In this document: piece after piece, positions 59,797 through 64,000 of the stretch
Layout of the letters: every line of letters starts with the position of its first letter
Numbering within the stretch: the first letter of the stretch is position 1
DNA from: an uncultured Phycisphaeraceae bacterium
GTDB taxonomy: Bacteria; Planctomycetota; Phycisphaerae; Phycisphaerales; UBA1924
DNA: 64,000 nucleotides
Assembly (NCBI GenBank): GCA_964450325.1
Contig: CAYVFW010000001.1
Coordinates: 12,454 to 76,453, forward strand
Direction of reading: 5' to 3'
The notes under the pieces: model-generated
Seen by the model: only the letters and a program-made list of their open reading frames with translations
Database searches by the model: none
What the model was told of the DNA's origin: nothing
Program-made: the position numbers and the translations under genes

Positions 59797-60600
59797 TTAA
59801 CGACGTAACTGCGCGATCGTCCGGAGCGACTCATCGGCCGCCCTGATCGACTGGCTATTCATTTCATACGCCCGCTGCGTCCGGATCAGATCAATAAGTT
59901 CGCGAGTAGGATCCACATTGGACGCCTCTAACTGAAACTGCATCAGACTCCCACGATCGTCAGACCCTGGGTCGCCCACGGAAGGCTGACCGGATGCATC
60001 GGTTTGTGTGTACAAGTTCTCACCAATCTGCTTCAATCCCGCAGGGTTCGCGAAAGTAGCCAGTTGCATGCGTCCCGCTTCAGTAGGCGTCGTTTCGCCC
60101 GCCGGGATGTATGTAACGCTACCATCGGTGGCGATGGTTACGCTTCGCCCCCCCACCGGGATATTAATCGATGGCTCGAGCCTCCGGCCTTGATCATTAG
60201 CGAGCACGATATCCCCTTCGCTGTTGAACGCGAAGTTGCCGGCGCGAGCGTACGCCGTGCCCCCTAAGGAATCCTGCACGTTAACGACAAAGAATCCATC
60301 GCCGCTTATATTTACATCGAGCTCTCGCCCCGTGATCTGCGGCGCACCTTGCGTGAAGTCCAGCTGCGTACCCGAAACCTTAACGCCCAAGCCTACATAA
60401 ATGCCCATAGGACGCTCGTCCTGGTTCGCGTTCAGCGTACCTGGCTGCTCCTTCTCCACATATAGCAAGTCTTGGAAGTTACTCCTGCTCGCCTTGAAGC
60501 CGGGAGTATTAATATTGGAGAGGTTATGAGCGGTGACATCCATCGCCAAGTCCAGGGCCGTAAGACCCGATGCCGCCGATAGGAGCGCGTTGATCGCCAT
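59797..60600 (-). CDS. flgG: flagellar distal rod protein FlgG
   Basis: N-terminus SAASGLTALDLAMDVTAHNLSNINTPGFKASR and C-terminus LEASNVDPTRELIDLIRTQRAYEMNSQSIRAADE. Confidence 0.93.
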   Translation of the reverse strand: MAINALLSAASGLTALDLAMDVTAHNLSNINTPGFKASRSNFQDLLYVEKEQPGTLNANQDERPMGIYVGLGVKVSGTQLDFTQGAPQITGRELDVNISGDGFFVVNVQDSLGGTAYARAGNFAFNSEGDIVLANDQGRRLEPSINIPVGGRSVTIATDGSVTYIPAGETTPTEAGRMQLATFANPAGLKQIGENLYTQTDASGQPSVGDPGSDDRGSLMQFQLEASNVDPTRELIDLIRTQRAYEMNSQSIRAADESLRTIAQLRR

Positions 60601-60782
60601 AATTTAACTTCCTGTTCCGCACGCCCCGGCATCCATGCCGGCGCCACTACAAACTTTCATCGTCGCGATGCCACTCGCAAATCGTGTTCCACCCGCGCTC
60701 AACCCACGCTCACTTCGCGGCACCCAGAAGTACCCCCCGCGTAGGGCCTAAGCCCGCTCCACTTATTATTTCCATTTAGGCA

Positions 60783-61556
60783 CTACATCACGCGTCCCAA
60801 GCTGTTGATTGCCCGCTCCATCATTTTGTCGTGGGCCTGCATCAATGCCACGTTGGAGTCGATGGACCTCGACGCGGACGTCATCTCCATCAGTGTGGTA
60901 ATTTCGTTTACACCAGACTCTTCGACCGCGAACTGCCGAATGTTGCGCAGCCCCTTCTCCATCGAACTGATTCCCGCTGTGGGCACGGAGAAGCAGCCAT
61001 CGCCGACCTTCCTGAGTGATGCCGGGTCCGCAGGGACGACCAATGCAAGCGTCGCGACAATCCCGCCCCGCTGACGGATCGCGCCACTGCCGTCGATAGT
61101 TATTTTAGCGGAGCGAGATAACTGAACAGGCTGGCCCGCATCATCGAGCACCGGCGCGCCGCTCGATGCCATAACCAACGTCCCCGAGGCATTCAGCGTG
61201 AAGCGACCGTCTCGTGTGAGCAGTGAATCCTTGCTCCCTTCGGCCGGCCGGACTTGGAAGAATCCACTTCCCTGAATAGCCAAGTCAAGACTGCCGCCGG
61301 TGGGCCGGACTCCTCCCTGACTTAAGTCTACCCGATTTGGGCGCATAAGAACGCCGCCGCCCAGGCGCTCAAGTAATTCATTAGAAGGTAAGTTAAAGAC
61401 GCCGTCCTCAGGACGCACCGCTTCCCTCGCTCGGGTCGTCGGCACATCTGGCTTGTACCCGACGGTATTTAAGTTCGCCAAGTTGTTGGCGAACACGTCT
61501 TGGCGATACATCGCCGCGGCGATGCCGCTCGCACTGAGTTGTAGTCCGTATGACAT
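60783..61556 (-). CDS. flgF: flagellar proximal rod protein (FlgF-like)
   Basis: Rod-protein N-terminus MSYGLQLSASGIAAAMYRQDVFANNLANLNTVGYKPD and C-terminus VEESGVNEITTLMEMTSASRSIDSN. Lies upstream of flgG. Confidence 0.8.
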   Translation of the reverse strand: MSYGLQLSASGIAAAMYRQDVFANNLANLNTVGYKPDVPTTRAREAVRPEDGVFNLPSNELLERLGGGVLMRPNRVDLSQGGVRPTGGSLDLAIQGSGFFQVRPAEGSKDSLLTRDGRFTLNASGTLVMASSGAPVLDDAGQPVQLSRSAKITIDGSGAIRQRGGIVATLALVVPADPASLRKVGDGCFSVPTAGISSMEKGLRNIRQFAVEESGVNEITTLMEMTSASRSIDSNVALMQAHDKMMERAINSLGRVM

Positions 61557-61981
61557 GCAACCAGACCACTCCGCACGCGGCGTGCCAAGCCCCATCGCGG
61601 TGGCTAATCAATGGTTAACGCAATCCCCTGAAAGAGGGCCCACGCGGAAACTACTGCCACGCTCCGCATCTTTCGCCCAGCTTGCCGCACGACACTACCC
61701 TCCACCCCCACCGCCCGCATGCCCGCCATGCGCTGCACTCGCAATAGTTCCCGAAGGGAAACTAAATTGGATGCGGCGAAAGTTCCTGCCCCTGCGCTGC
61801 GGATCAGCTACCGGAGCATCGGCCTGTTCCATGAGACGAATCAGTTCGATGACTTCGCCATCGCTGCTAAACTTATTTTCGTATACCGGCATAGCTCATG
61901 CTCGAAAGTTTAACAAATACTTCAACTCATTAAAGATCCGCGACATTTAACGTAACTCTTCCGACAACCATCCGCAGTTTC

Positions 61982-63844
61982 TTACCCCTCTGGCTGCTCG
62001 TCAGGTCTGCCGGTACGCGTAATCAGCGAAACCTCGTCGGGCATCTGCCTTGCAACACTTGCCACCACGTCGCCCTCGACAGTACGAGAGAAGAAGCTAC
62101 GTCGCGACTTGCCCATTATCAGCGTGTCGCACGCAAACGTGGCGGTGTAATCGAGAATCTCGTCCGCGATCTGCGACGATGTAACATAAATCGGAATACA
62201 CTTTACATTCGCGAGCTTCGCCAGGTACACCACAGTGCCAATGGCTTCGAGCGCCTGCTTGTCCGCCTCGATGCTGGGCACAGAACCCGGCTGCACATCC
62301 ATCACCCGCAAGACCCGCACGAAAATCGCGAATAGCACCGCGCCCCGCTTGCGTGCGAGCTCTACGGCAAACTCGGCGTTGTCCCTCCCGCGTGCCGCGA
62401 GCATAATTCGAGGTTGGTCCGCGCGGATCTCTATTGGCCCGGTGGCGATCTCAGCAAGCCACCCCAGCGAAGGCTCGGCTAGTCGCTGCAAAGGCGCGAA
62501 TCGCCTGATTACTACTCGCGTGATTAGAACGAAACTCACCATAGTGGAGGCGAAGATGGTTGCTTTAGGCTTATCAATGATGATGGTCGCTTCGATGAGG
62601 CCCATCAGACCGCCTAGCAACCAAAGCCCCCGTCGCTCCATGGCCGAGATGCTCAGCGATTTGTTGTAGGCGCAGCTACAGACATTAATGGTGATGGCGC
62701 CCACCACCCCGATGGCGTACATCTCGCTCAACGTCTTCACATCCGACACCACCAGCAATACAGCGGAGGGAAGTATGACCGCAATGACGAGGCCCACCCA
62801 CGGAACTCCCGAGTAGTTCAGCTTGGTGAGCGACCGGGGAAGCTCCCGATCCTGCCCCAGCGAATACATCACGCTTACCATGGCCATCACGGCAGTATTG
62901 ACGGCGGAGAGCAACAGCAGCCCAAAGATCACGCCACTAATTATTCCAAAGACCTTCCCCACCGCCGGCCCAAACGCGTTCTTGCTGACTTCTTCCGCGA
63001 TAAGTCGCACCGCGGTTTCCCGATATTCGCGGATGGCCGGCGCGAGCTCGCCGGTGGTCGAGTTTAACTGATGGGTGATGTAATCCGGTGTAGTCTGAGT
63101 CGCCAAGCCGGGCATCGCGTTCAGCGCAATTCCGAAGATGAAGTTAAGCAGTACCACTTCGACCAGCACGGGCCAGATCGTCTTCTTCGCCGTTGACGCT
63201 ACCGGCTGCTTCATCAACCCGGTCATATTCGCGACAGCCTCAACGCCCGAAAGCGCCAGCACCATCCGCACCAAGCTCTCCCACTTTATCCAGCCCCCTT
63301 CAAGCCCAGGAGGGTTCGCCGTCACAGTCGCTAACCCCTTCGGAAGAAACGGAATGCATAACAACCCGATGAGTGCCGAGAGCGAGATGGCCATCAGCGC
63401 GATCACGAGCGCGAAGCGCCCTGCGCTCCGCGCACCAAACCAGTTCACCACCCCCATAACTATGATCGCCGTTATCGCCAGCCATACTACCCAGTTCTCA
63501 TCGGCCCGGAAATAATGGAACCCCTCCACCGCCGACAACGCCGCCGTCACGATGAAGTCGCACAGAAGTAACGTCGCCCCGACCACCGACAGGATCGGGC
63601 TGATTTGCCGAGCGGCCGTATAAACGCCGCCCCCCTCAGGAAAACACCGACAGATAATCGTGTAGGCCCAGGCCACCGCGATCATAATCAATGACATCAC
63701 GGCAAGATACAAGACCGATGCATGACCGGTGTAGTAGAACGCCAGCCCCAGCACGTACAAACGACTCGTGCCCCAGTCCCCGAACAAAAGGGGGCCTGCG
63801 TGCTTCCAGTCAAGATTCCGCGGACGATTTTGGGCAACAAGCAT
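61982..63844 (-). CDS. APC-superfamily permease fused to a C-terminal universal-stress-protein (USP)-like domain
   Basis: About 12 TM segments over ~460 aa, then a USP-like alpha/beta module (IMLAARGRDNAEFAVELARKRGAVLFAIFV...ILDYTATFACDTLIMGKSRR...GDVVASVARQ). Confidence 0.68.
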   Translation of the reverse strand: MLVAQNRPRNLDWKHAGPLLFGDWGTSRLYVLGLAFYYTGHASVLYLAVMSLIMIAVAWAYTIICRCFPEGGGVYTAARQISPILSVVGATLLLCDFIVTAALSAVEGFHYFRADENWVVWLAITAIIVMGVVNWFGARSAGRFALVIALMAISLSALIGLLCIPFLPKGLATVTANPPGLEGGWIKWESLVRMVLALSGVEAVANMTGLMKQPVASTAKKTIWPVLVEVVLLNFIFGIALNAMPGLATQTTPDYITHQLNSTTGELAPAIREYRETAVRLIAEEVSKNAFGPAVGKVFGIISGVIFGLLLLSAVNTAVMAMVSVMYSLGQDRELPRSLTKLNYSGVPWVGLVIAVILPSAVLLVVSDVKTLSEMYAIGVVGAITINVCSCAYNKSLSISAMERRGLWLLGGLMGLIEATIIIDKPKATIFASTMVSFVLITRVVIRRFAPLQRLAEPSLGWLAEIATGPIEIRADQPRIMLAARGRDNAEFAVELARKRGAVLFAIFVRVLRVMDVQPGSVPSIEADKQALEAIGTVVYLAKLANVKCIPIYVTSSQIADEILDYTATFACDTLIMGKSRRSFFSRTVEGDVVASVARQMPDEVSLITRTGRPDEQPEG

Positions 63845-64000
63845 GAGATGTTAACAACCGATTGATCCGCGGTACCGCAACCGCCACACTCTTTAACCCT
63901 AAACCTTCTACCCGCGATCATCCGCAAAGTCTGCCAGAACAAGGGTCCGCCCCCAACTACTCAGCCTCGCTGCACGCTCCCAAGCATGACGCTCAGATCG

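Noticed and set aside
61883-61912. Sigma-28 promoter call upstream of flgF (TAAACTTT...GCCGGTAT, minus strand)
   Set aside because: The hexamer and octamer matches are good, but the spacer is 14 nt instead of 11, and it would leave a leader of more than 300 nt. Reported only as a low-interest observation, not as a feature.

Overview
Gene-dense 64-kb chromosomal segment with about 50 supportable CDSs on both strands. I see no rRNA or tRNA genes and no transposase, integrase, phage or CRISPR signatures. The protein content suggests a flagellated member of the Planctomycetota, possibly Phycisphaerae-like, but this is inference only. That content includes a DUF1559-type prepilin-like protein, a protein ending in a GC-type dockerin, a TPR-GT41 protein, a very long IF-2, and flagellar rod and ring genes. 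Most of the window is housekeeping: serC, ligA, apaG-thiS-thiG, cinA, a ligase-associated exonuclease plus ATP-dependent DNA ligase, a macro-domain protein, serS, an HDOD protein, nth, ubiE/menG, an M48 protease, a PagL-like barrel, a ROK kinase, fliC, recQ, an MFS transporter, an M28 peptidase, yciH, phoU, lipB, nusA-infB-DUF503-rbfA, yebC, hutH, apgM, flgF-flgG-flgA-flgH and an APC-USP permease. I did not find a clear-cut new multi-gene system. The items most worth a second look are listed here. (1) A same-strand GH94 phosphorylase / pseudopilin-like / small anchored protein / solute-binding-protein locus lacks ABC permease genes. It has a 19-bp palindrome in its divergent promoter and a CBM-like dockerin protein opposite. 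(2) The ATP-dependent ligase has 70 conserved N-terminal codons with no canonical start codon, so a CTG start inside a CTGA stop overlap is likely. (3) A roughly 950-nt gene-poor region upstream of nusA contains an orphan intrinsic terminator and a tandem repeat. (4) A secreted Gly/Ser/His plus PPVYY-repeat low-complexity protein. (5) A B12-binding-domain protein without the His ligand motif sits behind a 386-nt leader. All product calls come from motif recognition by eye; no database search was run.
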